A DNA stretch of 64,000 bases, from the NCBI GenBank assembly GCA_902521955.1, contig CABYTP010000002.1, positions 55,404 through 119,403 on the forward strand, given 5' to 3'. The notes under the pieces were generated by a model, which was given only the letters and a program-made list of their open reading frames with translations, did not search any database and was not told where the DNA came from. This document shows, in pieces, positions 1 through 11,621 of this stretch. The stretch is from an uncultured Candidatus Actinomarina sp. GTDB taxonomy: Bacteria > Actinomycetota > Acidimicrobiia > Actinomarinales > Actinomarinaceae. The translations under genes were made by a program, and so were the position numbers. How positions within the stretch are numbered: position 1 is the first letter of the stretch; each line of letters starts with the position of its first letter.

Positions 1-644
1 TCATCAACATAATTATCTTCTGTGCCTAAGTTAAACATTGGCTCTATGCATATTGCCATGCCTGTTTTTAATTCAAATCCAGTATTTTTCTTGCCATAGT
101 GTGGAACTTGTGGCTCTTCATGCATTTCTTGACCGATTCCATGGCCAACATAGTTTTTTACATTGCCAAGATTACTTTTCTTAGCAATTTTGTCTATTTT
201 GTTCCCAATAGTGCCAAGTTTTTGACCGTCTTTCACCAGCTTTATAGCTTCGTGTAGTGCATACTTAGTTTTTGATAACAAGTTTTTCTCTTCTTCAGTA
301 ATTTCGCCAACTCCAAAACTAAATGCTGCATCAGCATGGTAACCTTGAAAAATTACCCCAACATCAACTGAAATTATATCTCCTTCTGAGATGACATATT
401 CATTTGGAATGCCGTGGACAATAACATCATTTGGAGAAGCACAAATGTGTGCTGGAAAATCATGGTAACCTAAAAAACTTGGTGTAACATTTGATTTTTC
501 TATTATTTCTTTAGCAATTAAATCTAAATCTAAAAGTGTCATGCCTGATTTTGTTTTATCAAATATTTCATAATGAATATTTGAGACAACTTTTCCAGCT
601 TTACGCATTTTCTCAAAGTCTTCAGTAGATTTATAAGTAATCAT
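1..644 (-). CDS. map: methionine aminopeptidase type I (3' end outside window)
   Basis: Manual translation from ATG at 644: MITYKSTEDFEKMRKAGKVV..., with HGIP, GYHADAA and GHGIGQEMHEEP motifs; follows adk. Confidence 0.95.
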   Translation of the reverse strand, partial: MITYKSTEDFEKMRKAGKVVSNIHYEIFDKTKSGMTLLDLDLIAKEIIEKSNVTPSFLGYHDFPAHICASPNDVIVHGIPNEYVISEGDIISVDVGVIFQGYHADAAFSFGVGEITEEEKNLLSKTKYALHEAIKLVKDGQKLGTIGNKIDKIAKKSNLGNVKNYVGHGIGQEMHEEPQVPHYGKKNTGFELKTGMAICIEPMFNLGTEDNYVD

Positions 645-650
645 AGATAT

Positions 651-1211
651 TTAATTAAAGTGCTTAGCGATATTATGATAAATTTCATCTATGTCACCAA
701 CTGCATTAATTTTGACAACTTTATCTTGTTGATTATAAAAATCAATTAATGGCTCAGTGTCTTGTGAGTAAATTTCAAATCTAACTTTTATTGACTCTTC
801 TGTATCATCAGACCTGCCACTAGTTTGACCTCTCAACAAAATTCTTTGAACTAATTCTTCTTCATCAACTTCAAATACAAATACCTTTGAGACTGGAAAT
901 TTGTTTTTAATTTCTTCTAAACTTTTTGCTTGAGGTAGGGTTCTTGGAAATCCATCAAGGATTGCACCTTTTTTACAGTCATTACTTCCTAATCTTTCAA
1001 CAAGCATAGCAATGACTAAATCATCTGATACTAACTTTCCTTCATCCATGACGCTTTTGGCAATCTTGCCGAGATCAGTTTTGTTACTAATATGATCTCT
1101 GAGCATGTCGCCTGTTGATATGTGAGCTAGGCCAAATTCTAGAGCAACTTTTTTAGCTTGTGTGCCTTTTCCTGCACCTGGAGGTCCAAGAAAAATTTTT
1201 AATTCACTCAA
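651..1211 (-). CDS. adk: adenylate kinase (short-lid type)
   Basis: GPPGAGKGTQ P-loop, LDGFPRT, GRSDD short lid; after secY. Confidence 0.97.
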   Translation of the reverse strand: MSELKIFLGPPGAGKGTQAKKVALEFGLAHISTGDMLRDHISNKTDLGKIAKSVMDEGKLVSDDLVIAMLVERLGSNDCKKGAILDGFPRTLPQAKSLEEIKNKFPVSKVFVFEVDEEELVQRILLRGQTSGRSDDTEESIKVRFEIYSQDTEPLIDFYNQQDKVVKINAVGDIDEIYHNIAKHFN

Positions 1212-2521
1212 TCAATGAATCCTTCGTAGTTTCTCATACTAAGTTGGCTTTCAATTTGCTTCATTGTTTCCAAAGCAACACCAACAGTAATTAAAATAGA
1301 AATTCCGCTAAACCCAAGCGGTATATCCCAAATAGCAGAAGCAATAGATGGTAATACAGCCACTGAAGCTAAGAATATTGATCCCGGTAAAGTTATTCGA
1401 TTAAGAATGTGTGATAAATAGTTAGTAGTTGATATCCCAGGCCTAACACCAGGTATAAATCCACCCTGTCTTCTTATCATGTCTGACTGTCTAACTGGAT
1501 CAAACTGTATAGTTGTATAAAAATATGTAAAAAATATAATTAGAATCCCTAGGAAAAAGATGTAAAACCAGGTTGTTCCTTGAGAGTTAGCTAAGTTAAC
1601 ATCTATCCAGTTTCTAATTGCAGCAGTAACAGAATTATCTTGTGGAAGAGAGGTTGCTACCAAAGCTGGAAAGAAAAGTATGCTTGTTGCAAATATAACA
1701 GGGATGACACCAGCACTATTTACTTTAAGTGGAATATATGTACTTTGACCTCCCATGACTTTTCTACCTCTTACCCTTTTTGCAAACTGAATTGGAATTC
1801 TTCGCTGCCCTTGTTCTACATAGATTATTCCAACAATCATTAAAAAGAACATGAGCATCAAAAATGAAAATTGACCGATTCTTCCCTGACCAGCGGTAAC
1901 TTGGTAAGCTCCTCCAAATTGTGCTGGTAATTGGCTAACAATACTTGCAAAAATAATTAATGACATCCCATTACCAACACCTCGTTGAGATATAAGTTCA
2001 CCTATCCACATAATAAAAGCAGTTCCAGCCGTCATGGTAAGTACGATTAAGCCAACTCTGGATGGCGTATAGTTTGGTATTAAAGAGATACCTCCTGTGA
2101 GGCTTCCTCTTGAAAAAAGATAAGTTAATGCTGTTGACTGAAGAAGAGCCAGTACAACTGTTATGTATCTTGTCCATTGTGTTATTACTTTCCTACCTGA
2201 CTCCCCTTCTTCTTGAAGCTTTTGCAATCTAGGAATAACAACAGTAAGTAATTGTAAAATAATACTTGCAGTGATATAAGGCATAATTCCAAGAGCGAAA
2301 ACAGAAAAAGTTTCTAGGGCACCACCAGAGAAAAGATTTAGGAGTCCATAGATACCAGCTTGAGATCCTGAATCAGTTAGACGTTGAACTGCCTCTAAAT
2401 CAACACCTGGAACGGGAACTGCTGCACCTAATCGATACACAGCAAACATAAACAATGTGAAAAATATTCTTTTTCTTAAATCTGGAATTTTAAAAATATA
2501 TCTAAATATTGAGAGCTGCAT
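1208..2521 (-). CDS. secY: preprotein translocase SecY
   Basis: FALGIMPYITASII, GVGNGMSLIIF, GGFIPGVRPG; end of spc operon. Confidence 0.98.
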   Translation of the reverse strand: MQLSIFRYIFKIPDLRKRIFFTLFMFAVYRLGAAVPVPGVDLEAVQRLTDSGSQAGIYGLLNLFSGGALETFSVFALGIMPYITASIILQLLTVVIPRLQKLQEEGESGRKVITQWTRYITVVLALLQSTALTYLFSRGSLTGGISLIPNYTPSRVGLIVLTMTAGTAFIMWIGELISQRGVGNGMSLIIFASIVSQLPAQFGGAYQVTAGQGRIGQFSFLMLMFFLMIVGIIYVEQGQRRIPIQFAKRVRGRKVMGGQSTYIPLKVNSAGVIPVIFATSILFFPALVATSLPQDNSVTAAIRNWIDVNLANSQGTTWFYIFFLGILIIFFTYFYTTIQFDPVRQSDMIRRQGGFIPGVRPGISTTNYLSHILNRITLPGSIFLASVAVLPSIASAIWDIPLGFSGISILITVGVALETMKQIESQLSMRNYEGFID

Positions 2522-2523
2522 AT

Positions 2524-2973
2524 TTACTCTTCTATAATCTCTACTGTTCCGCCAGCACTCTCAATTTTATTTTTTGCAATTTCACTAATTGCATGAATCT
2601 TTAAGTCAATTTTTTTTGTTATCTCACCATCGCCAAGAACTTTAACAAGGCCTTTTTTTCTTGTTAAGCCAAGTTCACGAAGTGAGTCAGGTGTCACTTC
2701 ACCTTCAACATTTTTTTCTTCAAGTTCACTGACGTTTACAACAACATAGGACATTTTAGGCCCATTTTTAATACCTCGTAATTTAGGAATCCTTCTGTAA
2801 AGAGGGATTTGACCACCTTCGAAGTATGCTGGAACTGTTTTTCTAGCTCCAGTTCCTTTTGTTCCTCTACCAGCTGTCTTTCCTCTTTTACCAGCTTCAC
2901 CTCTACCTTTTCTCAATTTCTGCTTGGTTGATCCAGGAGTTGGTTTTAAATGGTGAAATCTAAGTTTTTTCAT
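2524..2973 (-). CDS. rplO: 50S ribosomal protein L15
   Basis: GKTAGRGTKG, FEGGQIPLYRRIPK; synteny. Confidence 0.97.
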   Translation of the reverse strand: MKKLRFHHLKPTPGSTKQKLRKGRGEAGKRGKTAGRGTKGTGARKTVPAYFEGGQIPLYRRIPKLRGIKNGPKMSYVVVNVSELEEKNVEGEVTPDSLRELGLTRKKGLVKVLGDGEITKKIDLKIHAISEIAKNKIESAGGTVEIIEE

Positions 2974-3152
2974 TATTTTATTTCCTCAATTTCAACAAGA
3001 TGTTCTATTTTGTCGAGCATACCTTGAATCATAGGATTAATTTCTCTCTCAGTAAATGAGTTAATTTTTTTTAATCCTAAACTTCTAACAGTTTCTCTTG
3101 CCTTTGGCTTCTGACCAATCAGGCTTCTTTTTAAAGTTATTCTAACTTTCAT
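2973..3152 (-). CDS. rpmD: 50S ribosomal protein L30
   Basis: [13 protein letters not shown]...SLGLKKINS; start moved to ATG at 3152 (59 aa). Confidence 0.93.
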   Translation of the reverse strand: MKVRITLKRSLIGQKPKARETVRSLGLKKINSFTEREINPMIQGMLDKIEHLVEIEEIK

Positions 3153-3693
3153 CTGCAACCTGTACTTTTTTTTGAGCTTTTGTATTCTCATATGCAGCTA
3201 CTAATCCTGGAGGTGCAACTTCTGAAGTTTTTTTACCTCTCAATTTTGCAACGATATCTGGAGTTCTCTGATTTAGTAAACCTTGCATAGTTGCCTTTGC
3301 TACATTTAAGTGTGTTGGAGATCCTAATGATTTAGCCAAAATGTCTTTAACTCCAGCTACTTCAAGTACTTGTCGAGCAGCTCCACCAGCAATTACTCCA
3401 GTACCAGGTGCTGCTGGTTTTAGTAAAACTCTTGAAGAGCCATGCTTACCTATAATTGTATGAACTATTGTAGTTCCTGCCATTGGTATTTCCTGTACAT
3501 TCTTTTTTGCATTTTCAATTGCTTTTTGAATTGCTAGTGGCACTTCAGAACCTTTACCATATCCAATACCAGCATTACCATTACCATCACCTACAGCTAC
3601 AAGTGCTGTAAAGGCAAAATTACGTCCACCTTTAACAACTTTTGCAACCCTATTAATGTGTATAACACTTTCTTGAAATTCTACCTCTGACAT
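3142..3693 (-). CDS. rpsE: 30S ribosomal protein S5
   Basis: [24 protein letters not shown]. Confidence 0.98.
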   Translation of the reverse strand: MSEVEFQESVIHINRVAKVVKGGRNFAFTALVAVGDGNGNAGIGYGKGSEVPLAIQKAIENAKKNVQEIPMAGTTIVHTIIGKHGSSRVLLKPAAPGTGVIAGGAARQVLEVAGVKDILAKSLGSPTHLNVAKATMQGLLNQRTPDIVAKLRGKKTSEVAPPGLVAAYENTKAQKKVQVADES

Positions 3694-4040
3694 TAAAATT
3701 CTATTCCTTTATCTCGTATACCATCAGCAAGGGACTTAATTCTACCGTGGTAAATGTAGCCTCCTCGGTCAAATACTGCAGAATTAATTTTTAAATCTTT
3801 AAGCTTTTCTCCAAGAAGTTCCCCTACTTCTTTGGCAGATTCATTTGATAAATTTTTTGATTTTACTTCTTTTGAAAGAGTACTTGAGGCAGCTAATGTT
3901 ACTTGATTTAAATCATCAATTGCTTGAACATAAATATTGTTGTTACTTTTAAAAACAGCCAATCTAGGAACAGTAGATGTTCCAGAAATTTTTTTTCTGA
4001 TTCTTATTTTCCTATGTAATCTTTTATCTTTTGTTTTCAT
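3693..4040 (-). CDS. rplR: 50S ribosomal protein L18
   Basis: [23 protein letters not shown]. Confidence 0.97.
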   Translation of the reverse strand: MKTKDKRLHRKIRIRKKISGTSTVPRLAVFKSNNNIYVQAIDDLNQVTLAASSTLSKEVKSKNLSNESAKEVGELLGEKLKDLKINSAVFDRGGYIYHGRIKSLADGIRDKGIEF

Positions 4041-4047
4041 TAAATTC

Positions 4048-4599
4048 TTAAGCTCCCGCAGTCACAGCAGCTTTACCTGCTTTCCTTCTAACATATTCGT
4101 CCTTATATCGAATACCTTTACCTTTATATGGCTCAGGTGGCTTGATAGCTCTTATGTTAGCTGCGACTTGTCCAACTAAAGCCTTATCAATACCTGATAC
4201 AATAATTGTGTTTTGGTCAGGAACCTCAAATGAAATTCCTTCAACTTTATTAAAAATTACTGGGTGAGAAAATCCGCAAAGTATTTCTATGTCATTTCCT
4301 TTTAACGTGGCCCTATGTCCAACTCCTTGAAGCAAGAGTGTTTTACTATAACCTTCAATTACACCTTGAATATCATTTGCAACTAAGGACCTATATAAAC
4401 CGTGAAGACTCCTTACTTCTGGCGACTCTGATGATCTAGAAAAAATTAATTCATTTTCTTCAACTACAAAATGTATCCTGTCATCAATTACTTCTGTAAA
4501 TAATTCGCCCTTTGGGCCTTTTACAGAAATCTTGTTTCCTGATATGTTTAATTCAACCTTTTCAGGTATTACAACTGGCTTGTTTCCTATCCTACTCAT
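4048..4599 (-). CDS. rplF: 50S ribosomal protein L6
   Basis: MSRIGNKPV, PPEPYKGKGIRY; start at ATG 4599 overlapping rpsH stop (ATGA). Confidence 0.97.
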   Translation of the reverse strand: MSRIGNKPVVIPEKVELNISGNKISVKGPKGELFTEVIDDRIHFVVEENELIFSRSSESPEVRSLHGLYRSLVANDIQGVIEGYSKTLLLQGVGHRATLKGNDIEILCGFSHPVIFNKVEGISFEVPDQNTIIVSGIDKALVGQVAANIRAIKPPEPYKGKGIRYKDEYVRRKAGKAAVTAGA

Positions 4600-4994
4600 G
4601 ACCAAACCTCACAAATTAATTCTCCGCCTAACTTACGTTTACGGGCCTCGGAGTCTGAAAGAAGACCTCTTGATGTTGATACAATAACAGTTCCCAATCC
4701 ACCATTATTTCTTGGAAGCTCATCTGATCCAACATAAAGCCTGCGACCAGGTTTACTTAATCTATTTAATCCAGCCAATACTGGAGATCCATTTTCAGAA
4801 TATTTTAAATCAATTAGTAATTCTTTTTTTGAAGATTCACCATTTACTTTTACGTCACTTATATAACCTTCAGTTTTAAGTAACTTTGAAAGTTCATATT
4901 TAAATTTTGAATGTGGAATGGAAACAGTAGGTTTGTTAACCATAGAAGCGTTTCTCATTCTAGTTAAAAAATCTGAAATTGGATCTGAATTCAT
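4596..4994 (-). CDS. rpsH: 30S ribosomal protein S8
   Basis: MNSDPISDFLTRMRNA, SKPGRRLY, GGELICEVW; start moved to ATG 4994. Confidence 0.97.
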   Translation of the reverse strand: MNSDPISDFLTRMRNASMVNKPTVSIPHSKFKYELSKLLKTEGYISDVKVNGESSKKELLIDLKYSENGSPVLAGLNRLSKPGRRLYVGSDELPRNNGGLGTVIVSTSRGLLSDSEARKRKLGGELICEVWS

Positions 4995-4995
4995 G

Positions 4996-5301
4996 CTACC
5001 AAGATGCTTTCTTAATTCCTGGAAGCTCACCTTTTAATGCCAAGTCACGAAATGTGTTTCTAGACATTCCAAATTTCCTTAGTGTACCTCTAGGTCTTCC
5101 AGTTACTTCACATCTATTTCGATGCCGAGTTGGAGATGCATCTCTTGGCATTTTTGCAATTTTCTTTTGTGCTTCTCTTTTTTCATCATATGATGTATCG
5201 GGATCTTTAATAATATCTAAGAGTTCTTGACGCCTGTCAGAATAAACACCAATGGTTCTTTTTCTTTGATTGTTTTTAGCTATTTTACTTGTCTTTGCCA
5301 T
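4996..5301 (-). CDS. rpsN: 30S ribosomal protein S14, long zinc-independent (C-) form
   Basis: 101 aa, [23 protein letters not shown]; only one Cys. Confidence 0.96.
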   Translation of the reverse strand: MAKTSKIAKNNQRKRTIGVYSDRRQELLDIIKDPDTSYDEKREAQKKIAKMPRDASPTRHRNRCEVTGRPRGTLRKFGMSRNTFRDLALKGELPGIKKASW

Positions 5302-5303
5302 AT

Positions 5304-5849
5304 TTAATTCTCCCTAAACGGAAATCCTAGCGCTTGTAATAGTACATAACCTTGGTTGTTATCGTTAGCAGAAGTACAAATTGTGATATTCATTCCTCTA
5401 ATATCTCTAACTTTATCGTATTCAACTTCAGGAAATACTAATTGCTCATTTAATCCAAGAGTATAGTTTCCATTACCATCAAATGATTTTTTATTGAAGC
5501 CTCTAAAGTCACGAATTCTTGGTACAACAACCTGAACAAACCTATCATAAAATTCCCACATTCTGTCACCCCTTAATGTGACTGATACTCCAATAGGCAT
5601 TCCTTCTCTAATTTTAAAACCAGCTATAGATTTCTTTGCTCTTCTAATAACAGGTTTTTGTCCAGAAATAGCTGTTAACTCATCAACCATTGACTCAAGG
5701 GCTCTACCATCGGTAGCAGCTTTTCCATCACCAATGTTTATTACAATTTTTTCAAGTGATGGAATTTCATTTACGTTTTCTAAACTCAATTGATCCATAA
5801 CTTTAATTTTAAGTTCAGTTCTAAATTGCTCTTTTAATCTAGGAATCAT
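5304..5849 (-). CDS. rplE: 50S ribosomal protein L5
   Basis: [29 protein letters not shown]. Confidence 0.98.
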   Translation of the reverse strand: MIPRLKEQFRTELKIKVMDQLSLENVNEIPSLEKIVINIGDGKAATDGRALESMVDELTAISGQKPVIRRAKKSIAGFKIREGMPIGVSVTLRGDRMWEFYDRFVQVVVPRIRDFRGFNKKSFDGNGNYTLGLNEQLVFPEVEYDKVRDIRGMNITICTSANDNNQGYVLLQALGFPFREN

Positions 5850-6148
5850 GCTTCATCACCTGTCTGAGCCAAAACTCTGTATTTTTTTCCATTTTTATCA
5901 AATTTATATGAAACTCTTCCTGCTTTTTTCTTAACAACTAAGGCTACATTAGAGACATTTACAGGCATACTTTTATCAATTACCCCACCTTGCATAGTTT
6001 GTCCTTGAGGTTTTTGATGCTTTTTAGTCACATTAACTCCCTCTACTAAAACTGTTCCCTTCTTAGGGAAAGCTTGAAGAACTTTTCCTTGCTTACCTGC
6101 GTCTTTTCCAGAAATAACTTTAACGGTATCACCTTTTTTAATTTTCAC
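5846..6148 (-). CDS. rplX: 50S ribosomal protein L24
   Basis: KIKKGDTVKVISGKDAGKQGKV KOW motif. Confidence 0.97.
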   Translation of the reverse strand: MKIKKGDTVKVISGKDAGKQGKVLQAFPKKGTVLVEGVNVTKKHQKPQGQTMQGGVIDKSMPVNVSNVALVVKKKAGRVSYKFDKNGKKYRVLAQTGDEA

Positions 6149-6516
6149 TATATAACCTCCGGTGCGAGAGAAACTATTCTCATGAATTTTTTTTCTCTTA
6201 ATTCTCGCCCAACAGGTCCAAAAATTCTTGTCCCCCTTGGTTGATCTTGATCATTAATAATCACACAGGCATTCTCATCAAATCTTATATAAGTTCCATC
6301 TTTTCTTCTGGTTTCTTTTTTTGTTCTAACTACAACTGCACTAACTATTTCACCTTTTTTAATTTGGCCGCCGGGTATAGCATCTTTTACAGTTGCAACG
6401 AATACATCACCTAATCCTGCATATCTTATTCTAGAACTACCCTTTACTTTTATACAAAGGACTTCTTTTGCTCCAGAATTATCAGCAACTTTTAATCTTG
6501 ATTCTTTTTGTATCAT
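6148..6516 (-). CDS. rplN: 50S ribosomal protein L14
   Basis: [21 protein letters not shown]. Confidence 0.98.
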   Translation of the reverse strand: MIQKESRLKVADNSGAKEVLCIKVKGSSRIRYAGLGDVFVATVKDAIPGGQIKKGEIVSAVVVRTKKETRRKDGTYIRFDENACVIINDQDQPRGTRIFGPVGRELREKKFMRIVSLAPEVI

Positions 6517-6776
6517 CTAGCTCTCTCAACAATCTCTGTAACACGCCATTTTTTTGTCTTTGAATAAGGCTTTGTTTCCATTATTTTTACAGTATCTCCA
6601 ACTTTTGCCTCAAAACTCTCATCATGTGCGTGTAGTTTTCTAGTTTTCTTAACAATTTTTTTATATTTAGGATGAGGAAATTGAATTTCTATAGATACAG
6701 TTACTGTTTTTTCTCTTAAATCAGAAGTAACTACCCCAGTTCTTGTTTTTCTAAATGTTCTATTTGAATCAGTCAT
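6513..6776 (-). CDS. rpsQ: 30S ribosomal protein S17
   Basis: [29 protein letters not shown]. Confidence 0.97.
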   Translation of the reverse strand: MTDSNRTFRKTRTGVVTSDLREKTVTVSIEIQFPHPKYKKIVKKTRKLHAHDESFEAKVGDTVKIMETKPYSKTKKWRVTEIVERAR

Positions 6777-6778
6777 AA

Positions 6779-6988
6779 TTATGCTTCCTCAATACTTTCT
6801 TTATTAATTTTTTCAGTTAAAACTGTATTAGCTTGTGCAATTTCTTTTTTAATTTTTTTGAAAACAGATGTATCTTCTAACTGGCTTGTCGCCAATGAAA
6901 ATCTTGAATCCATAAGTTCTTTCTTTAAATCAATTATCTTATTTTGCAATTCACCAATTGATAATTCTCTTAAGTCATTAACACTCAT
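6779..6988 (-). CDS. rpmC: 50S ribosomal protein L29
   Basis: LRELS..EL, RFSLATSQL; synteny. Confidence 0.95.
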   Translation of the reverse strand: MSVNDLRELSIGELQNKIIDLKKELMDSRFSLATSQLEDTSVFKKIKKEIAQANTVLTEKINKESIEEA

Positions 6989-7398
6989 CAGTTGTCCCTT
7001 TTAACAAACTTAGTTTTCATAGGCAATTTATGCCCAGCTTTTCTAATTGCCTCTCTAGCAACATCTTCAGGTACACCTGAAATTTCAAAAATTATTCTTC
7101 CAGGTTTCACAACAGCTACATAATACTCAACATTACCTTTACCTGAACCCATCCTTACTTCAGCAGGTTTTTGAGTTACTGGTTTGTGTGGAAAAATATT
7201 AATCCATACCTTACCACCACGTTTCATAGTTCTTGTAATCGTTATTCTTGCAGCCTCAATTTGTCTTCCAGTTACATAAGAGGTTTCAACTGCTTGAATA
7301 CCATAATCTCCAAAAGTAACAACATTACCACCTTTAGAGTTACCTTTTCTTCTACCCCTATGAGATTTTCTAAATTTTGTTTTTTTAGGCATTAACAT
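6988..7398 (-). CDS. rplP: 50S ribosomal protein L16
   Basis: [18 protein letters not shown]. Confidence 0.98.
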   Translation of the reverse strand: MLMPKKTKFRKSHRGRRKGNSKGGNVVTFGDYGIQAVETSYVTGRQIEAARITITRTMKRGGKVWINIFPHKPVTQKPAEVRMGSGKGNVEYYVAVVKPGRIIFEISGVPEDVAREAIRKAGHKLPMKTKFVKRDN

Positions 7399-7401
7399 AA
7401 A

Positions 7402-8319
7402 TTATTCTTCTTCCAATATCGATTTTTCTTCAAGGATTGATTTTTCTTCTTCAAAATCTGCTTGAGCTACTTCTTTCGTGATTTTTTTGCCGCCACCAGC
7501 TTCAACGATATTTGAACTTTTGTCTTCATTAGCTTTTTTCCCGCCACCAGCTTCAAGGATCTTTGATTTTTTCTGTTCTCCAACAGCTGCTTCAGCTCTT
7601 GACTTTACAGACTTTACCCTGCCCGCTGCAGGTCCACCACTTGCTAAATTAGCTTCGGCTGAAATTTTTTCTTGTCTTAACTTATTAGAACCAACTACGT
7701 CACCTTTATAGACCCAGACTTTAACTCCAATAGCTCCGACGGTTGTATGAGCAGTAGCTCGTCCAAAATCAATATCTGCTCTTAAAGTATGGAGAGGTAC
7801 TCTTCCTTCTCTATACCATTCTCTTCGACCCATTTCTGCGCCGCCTAATCTTCCTGAGCACTCAACTCTAACACCTTCGGCACCTGCTTTTAATGCTGCT
7901 GTAACTGCCCTCTTCATAGCCCTTCTAAAAGCTACTCTGTTTTCTAATTGATCTGCTATACCTCTTGATAAAAGTTGTGCATCTAATTCAGCTTCACGAA
8001 TTTCAATAATGTTAAGTTTTACAGGTTGCTTTGAAAGTTTTTCAATACCTTTTCTTAACCTATCTGCTTCGACACCTTTTCTACCTATAACTACTCCTGG
8101 TCTTGCGGTGTGTATGTCTACAGTTAAAGTTCCACCTTTATCTCTTCTTTCAATATCTACTCGTGACACAGCAGCTTTAGGTAACTCTTTTGTTAAAAAT
8201 TTTCTGATTTGATAATCCTGGTTGACTAAATCTTTGTAATCTTTCCCATTAAACCAACGTGACTTCCAGTCATTTACAATTCCAATTCTGAATGCATAAG
8301 GATGTGTTTTTTGACCCAT
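7402..8319 (-). CDS. rpsC: 30S ribosomal protein S3 with long repetitive C-terminal tail
   Basis: [30 protein letters not shown]. Confidence 0.98.
   Translation of the reverse strand: MGQKTHPYAFRIGIVNDWKSRWFNGKDYKDLVNQDYQIRKFLTKELPKAAVSRVDIERRDKGGTLTVDIHTARPGVVIGRKGVEADRLRKGIEKLSKQPVKLNIIEIREAELDAQLLSRGIADQLENRVAFRRAMKRAVTAALKAGAEGVRVECSGRLGGAEMGRREWYREGRVPLHTLRADIDFGRATAHTTVGAIGVKVWVYKGDVVGSNKLRQEKISAEANLASGGPAAGRVKSVKSRAEAAVGEQKKSKILEAGGGKKANEDKSSNIVEAGGGKKITKEVAQADFEEEKSILEEKSILEEE
7490..7556. repeat. 16-bp direct repeat CCGCCACCAGCTTCAA (51-nt period) in rpsC tail
   Basis: Copies at 7490-7505 and 7541-7556, within the twice-repeated EAGGGKK peptide. Confidence 0.85.
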
Positions 8320-8666
8320 TATTCACCTACGCTTTCTAATTCTATCAACAAATGTGATGTCCTTTTATTAATTCTTCCAGCTCTGCCTCTTGCTCGTGGT
8401 CTAAATCTTTTGAGAGTTGGTCCTTCATTTGCAATAGCTTTTGAGATATACAAATCAGAAGCATTTAAATTATGATTAGCTTCTGCGTTAGCCAATGCAC
8501 TCTCTAATACCTGCTTTATTTCTATAGCAGCTTTTCTTTTTGTGAATGTTAATACATTGAGTGCGTCTTGTACTTCTAAGCCTCTTATTAGGTTAAGTAC
8601 TAATCTCATCTTATATGGTGATTGGCGAATATATTTTCCTTGTGCTTTAACTGTTGTATTTTCCAT
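8319..8666 (-). CDS. rplV: 50S ribosomal protein L22
   Basis: [16 protein letters not shown]. Confidence 0.98.
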   Translation of the reverse strand: MENTTVKAQGKYIRQSPYKMRLVLNLIRGLEVQDALNVLTFTKRKAAIEIKQVLESALANAEANHNLNASDLYISKAIANEGPTLKRFRPRARGRAGRINKRTSHLLIELESVGE

Positions 8667-8929
8667 TAGTTTTGTCCCGGATGCCCTCTAAACGTTCTAG
8701 TTGGTGAAAACTCTCCTAATTTATGACCAACCATAGCCTCGGTTATAAAAACAGGTAAATGTTGTCTCCCATTATGTACTGCAATAGTCAAACCTACCAT
8801 CTCAGGAACGATTGTTGACCTTCTACTCCAAGTTTTAATAACACTTTTGTTTCCAGTGTTTTGTGCATCTTCGACTTTTTTCAAGAGATGCTCATCAACA
8901 AATGGTCCTTTTCTTAAACTTCTAGCCAT
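8666..8929 (-). CDS. rpsS: 30S ribosomal protein S19
   Basis: [21 protein letters not shown]. Confidence 0.98.
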   Translation of the reverse strand: MARSLRKGPFVDEHLLKKVEDAQNTGNKSVIKTWSRRSTIVPEMVGLTIAVHNGRQHLPVFITEAMVGHKLGEFSPTRTFRGHPGQN

Positions 8930-8931
8930 AA

Positions 8932-9765
8932 TTAATTTCTACCTTTTTGAGATCTTCCTCTGACAATTGCTTTATTACTGTACTTTTTCTTATTTCGAGT
9001 TTTTTTCTCACGTTTTCCCCAAGGGCTTACAGGCACCCTACCTCCTGATGATTTACCTTCTCCACCACCAAGTGGGTGATCTACTGGGTTCATCGCAACA
9101 CCTCTTGTTTGAGGCCTAACGCCTTTCCACCTACTTCGTCCTGCTTTGCCTAGTTTTGTAAGCTCAGCTTCAGCGTTTCCAACAGTTCCTATTGTTGCCC
9201 TACAGTCCATAGGTACAGTTCTCATTTCACCCGAAGGAAGCCTAAGCAAAGCTGACTCTCCTTCTTTGCTCATCAATTGAACTGAAGAACCTGCTGACCT
9301 AGCCATTTTTGCTCCTCCACCTGGTCGAAGTTCTACAGCGTGAACAAAAGTACCAGCTGGTATATTTCTTAAAGGTAAGCAATTTCCATCTTTTATGTCT
9401 GCTTTTGAACCTGACTCAATTATTGCATCAACGCTAATTCCATCAGGTGCAATGATATAGGCTTTTTCACCATCTTTATAATGAAGCAGGGCTATTCTTG
9501 CATTTCTATTAGGGTCATACTCTATACCTGCAACTCGAGCAGGAATTCCATCTTTGACTCTTTTAAAATCTATAATTCTGTATTTTTGCTTGTGTCCGCC
9601 ACCTCTATGTCTAGAAGTAATTCTTCCTTTATTATTTCTGCCACCAGAAGATTTTTTTGATTGTAATAAGGATTTTTCAGGTTTCTTTTTTGTAATATCC
9701 TTAAAGTCAGTTGAAACCTGACCTCTCATACCTGGTGTTACTGGTCTTATTTTTTTAGAACCCAT
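8932..9765 (-). CDS. rplB: 50S ribosomal protein L2
   Basis: [30 protein letters not shown]. Confidence 0.98.
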   Translation of the reverse strand: MGSKKIRPVTPGMRGQVSTDFKDITKKKPEKSLLQSKKSSGGRNNKGRITSRHRGGGHKQKYRIIDFKRVKDGIPARVAGIEYDPNRNARIALLHYKDGEKAYIIAPDGISVDAIIESGSKADIKDGNCLPLRNIPAGTFVHAVELRPGGGAKMARSAGSSVQLMSKEGESALLRLPSGEMRTVPMDCRATIGTVGNAEAELTKLGKAGRSRWKGVRPQTRGVAMNPVDHPLGGGEGKSSGGRVPVSPWGKREKKTRNKKKYSNKAIVRGRSQKGRN

Positions 9766-9767
9766 AC

Positions 9768-10055
9768 CTATACTCCAAATGCTTCGATAGTTTCACCCTC
9801 TGGGAGTGTGACAATTGCAATTTTTTTGGTACTTTGTTGTCCATAAACATATCCAAAACGCTTTTTCTTACCTTTTCGATACATTGTATTGACTCTTAAT
9901 ACACTTACACCAAACATTTGCTCAACTGCTTTCTTAATCTGAGGTTTATCTGTTTTTGGATCCACAAAAAAAGTGTATGAATTTGATTCTGAAATTCTAT
10001 CGTATGACTTTTCAGAAATAACAGGTGCAAGCAGTACGTCTTCTAAATACTTCAT
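9768..10055 (-). CDS. rplW: 50S ribosomal protein L23
   Basis: [20 protein letters not shown]; synteny. Confidence 0.96.
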   Translation of the reverse strand: MKYLEDVLLAPVISEKSYDRISESNSYTFFVDPKTDKPQIKKAVEQMFGVSVLRVNTMYRKGKKKRFGYVYGQQSTKKIAIVTLPEGETIEAFGV

Positions 10056-10675
10056 GATTGATCTCCTAAAAATGCTGAAATAGCATTATCCGAAAATATT
10101 GTGTCATCTGTAGAAATAACATCAATAGCTGCTAACTTTTTAACGGATACAAGCCTTGAGTTTTGAATATTCTTGAATGATTTATACAAGTTTTCATCGT
10201 CATCTGAATAAACAAAGGTAAAGCCTCTTTCAATTTTAAGTTCATTAAGAGATGCAACAGCTTGTTTTGTAGAGGGAGTATCGAAATTTTTTCCACTTAG
10301 AACAAACACTGAAGCTTCAGATAGCCTTTGTGATATTGCCATGTTGAGTGCTTTCTTTTTCATTTTCTTTGGTGTTCTATCTCTATAGACTCTGGTTCCT
10401 GGTCCATGAGCAATACCACCACCTATAAATTGTGGTGATCTCAAAGAACCTTGTCTCGCCCTACCAGTTCCTTTTTGAGCCCATGGTTTTGCACCAGTTC
10501 CAGATACTTGTGCACGGGTTTTTACAGAAGCCGTATTATTTCTAAAATTTGTTCTACTTCCTTTTACTACTTGGTGAAGCAAGCCAAGGTTAATTTCTTC
10601 AATAGGTTGAAAATTGTATTGTTTTTTTGATACTTTATTATCTGATATGTTAATTGTGTCAATTTTTACAGTCAT
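10052..10675 (-). CDS. rplD: 50S ribosomal protein L4
   Basis: KPWAQKGTGRARQGSLRSPQFIGGG. Confidence 0.97.
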   Translation of the reverse strand: MTVKIDTINISDNKVSKKQYNFQPIEEINLGLLHQVVKGSRTNFRNNTASVKTRAQVSGTGAKPWAQKGTGRARQGSLRSPQFIGGGIAHGPGTRVYRDRTPKKMKKKALNMAISQRLSEASVFVLSGKNFDTPSTKQAVASLNELKIERGFTFVYSDDDENLYKSFKNIQNSRLVSVKKLAAIDVISTDDTIFSDNAISAFLGDQS

Positions 10676-11304
10676 TTTGTTACCTTCACAGCACTTTGGA
10701 CTTGAACTATGTTGCCTTTGTTTCCAGGTACAGAGCCATTAACTAAAAGATAATTTTGCTCTTCATCTAAACCAACAATTGTGACTGATTGAATTGTAGT
10801 TTTTTGATTACCCATTCGACCAGCCATTTTTTGACCTTTAAAAACATGACCTGGATAAGATGCATTACCAATTGATCCACCAGCTCTGTGCACTTTATGT
10901 ACACCGTGGCTAGCTTTTTGACCAGAAAAATTATGTCTCTTCATCACTCCAGCAAATCCTTTTCCTTTGGAAATTCCTGTGATATCAACTTTTTGTCCTA
11001 CTTCAAAAAAATCTTTTACATTTATTTTTTGACCAGGATTCAAATCTGTATCTTCATTTACCCTTACTTCGAAAAGAACTTCTCCTGGATCAACTTTATA
11101 TTTTTTGTAATGGCTTTCAAGTGGCTTAGGTAATTTCTTTTTTGATCCAATAGTCAACTGAACTGCGCTGTATCCATCTTTTTGAGTACTTTTAACTTGT
11201 ACAACTCTACAGTCTGATACGTCTAAAACAGTAACGCCCAGAGAATTTGAATTTTCATCAAATATTTGAGTCATGCCTATTTTTTTTGCAATTAGCGTAT
11301 TCAT
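10672..11304 (-). CDS. rplC: 50S ribosomal protein L3
   Basis: [21 protein letters not shown]. Confidence 0.98.
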   Translation of the reverse strand: MNTLIAKKIGMTQIFDENSNSLGVTVLDVSDCRVVQVKSTQKDGYSAVQLTIGSKKKLPKPLESHYKKYKVDPGEVLFEVRVNEDTDLNPGQKINVKDFFEVGQKVDITGISKGKGFAGVMKRHNFSGQKASHGVHKVHRAGGSIGNASYPGHVFKGQKMAGRMGNQKTTIQSVTIVGLDEEQNYLLVNGSVPGNKGNIVQVQSAVKVTK

Positions 11305-11612
11305 AATTTAATCTCAACCTCAACACCAGCAGGAAGGTCTAATCTCATAAGAGAATCAACTGTCTTAGGTGTTGGTTCGACAATATCAATAAGTCTTTTG
11401 TGAATTCTCATTTCAAAATGTTCTCGAGACTTTTTATCTACATGAGGAGATCTAATAACACAGTATCTGTGAATTTGAGTAGGGAGAGGTACAGGGCCTT
11501 TTACTTTTGCTTGAGTTTTTAACACTGTTTCAGCAATTTTACGCGCAGACTCATCTACGACGTAATTGTCGTACGCTTTGAGCTTAATTCTTATTTGCTG
11601 TTGTTTTGCCAT
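11301..11612 (-). CDS. rpsJ: 30S ribosomal protein S10
   Basis: [23 protein letters not shown]. Confidence 0.98.
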   Translation of the reverse strand: MAKQQQIRIKLKAYDNYVVDESARKIAETVLKTQAKVKGPVPLPTQIHRYCVIRSPHVDKKSREHFEMRIHKRLIDIVEPTPKTVDSLMRLDLPAGVEVEIKL

Positions 11613-11621
11613 TTTTTCCTC

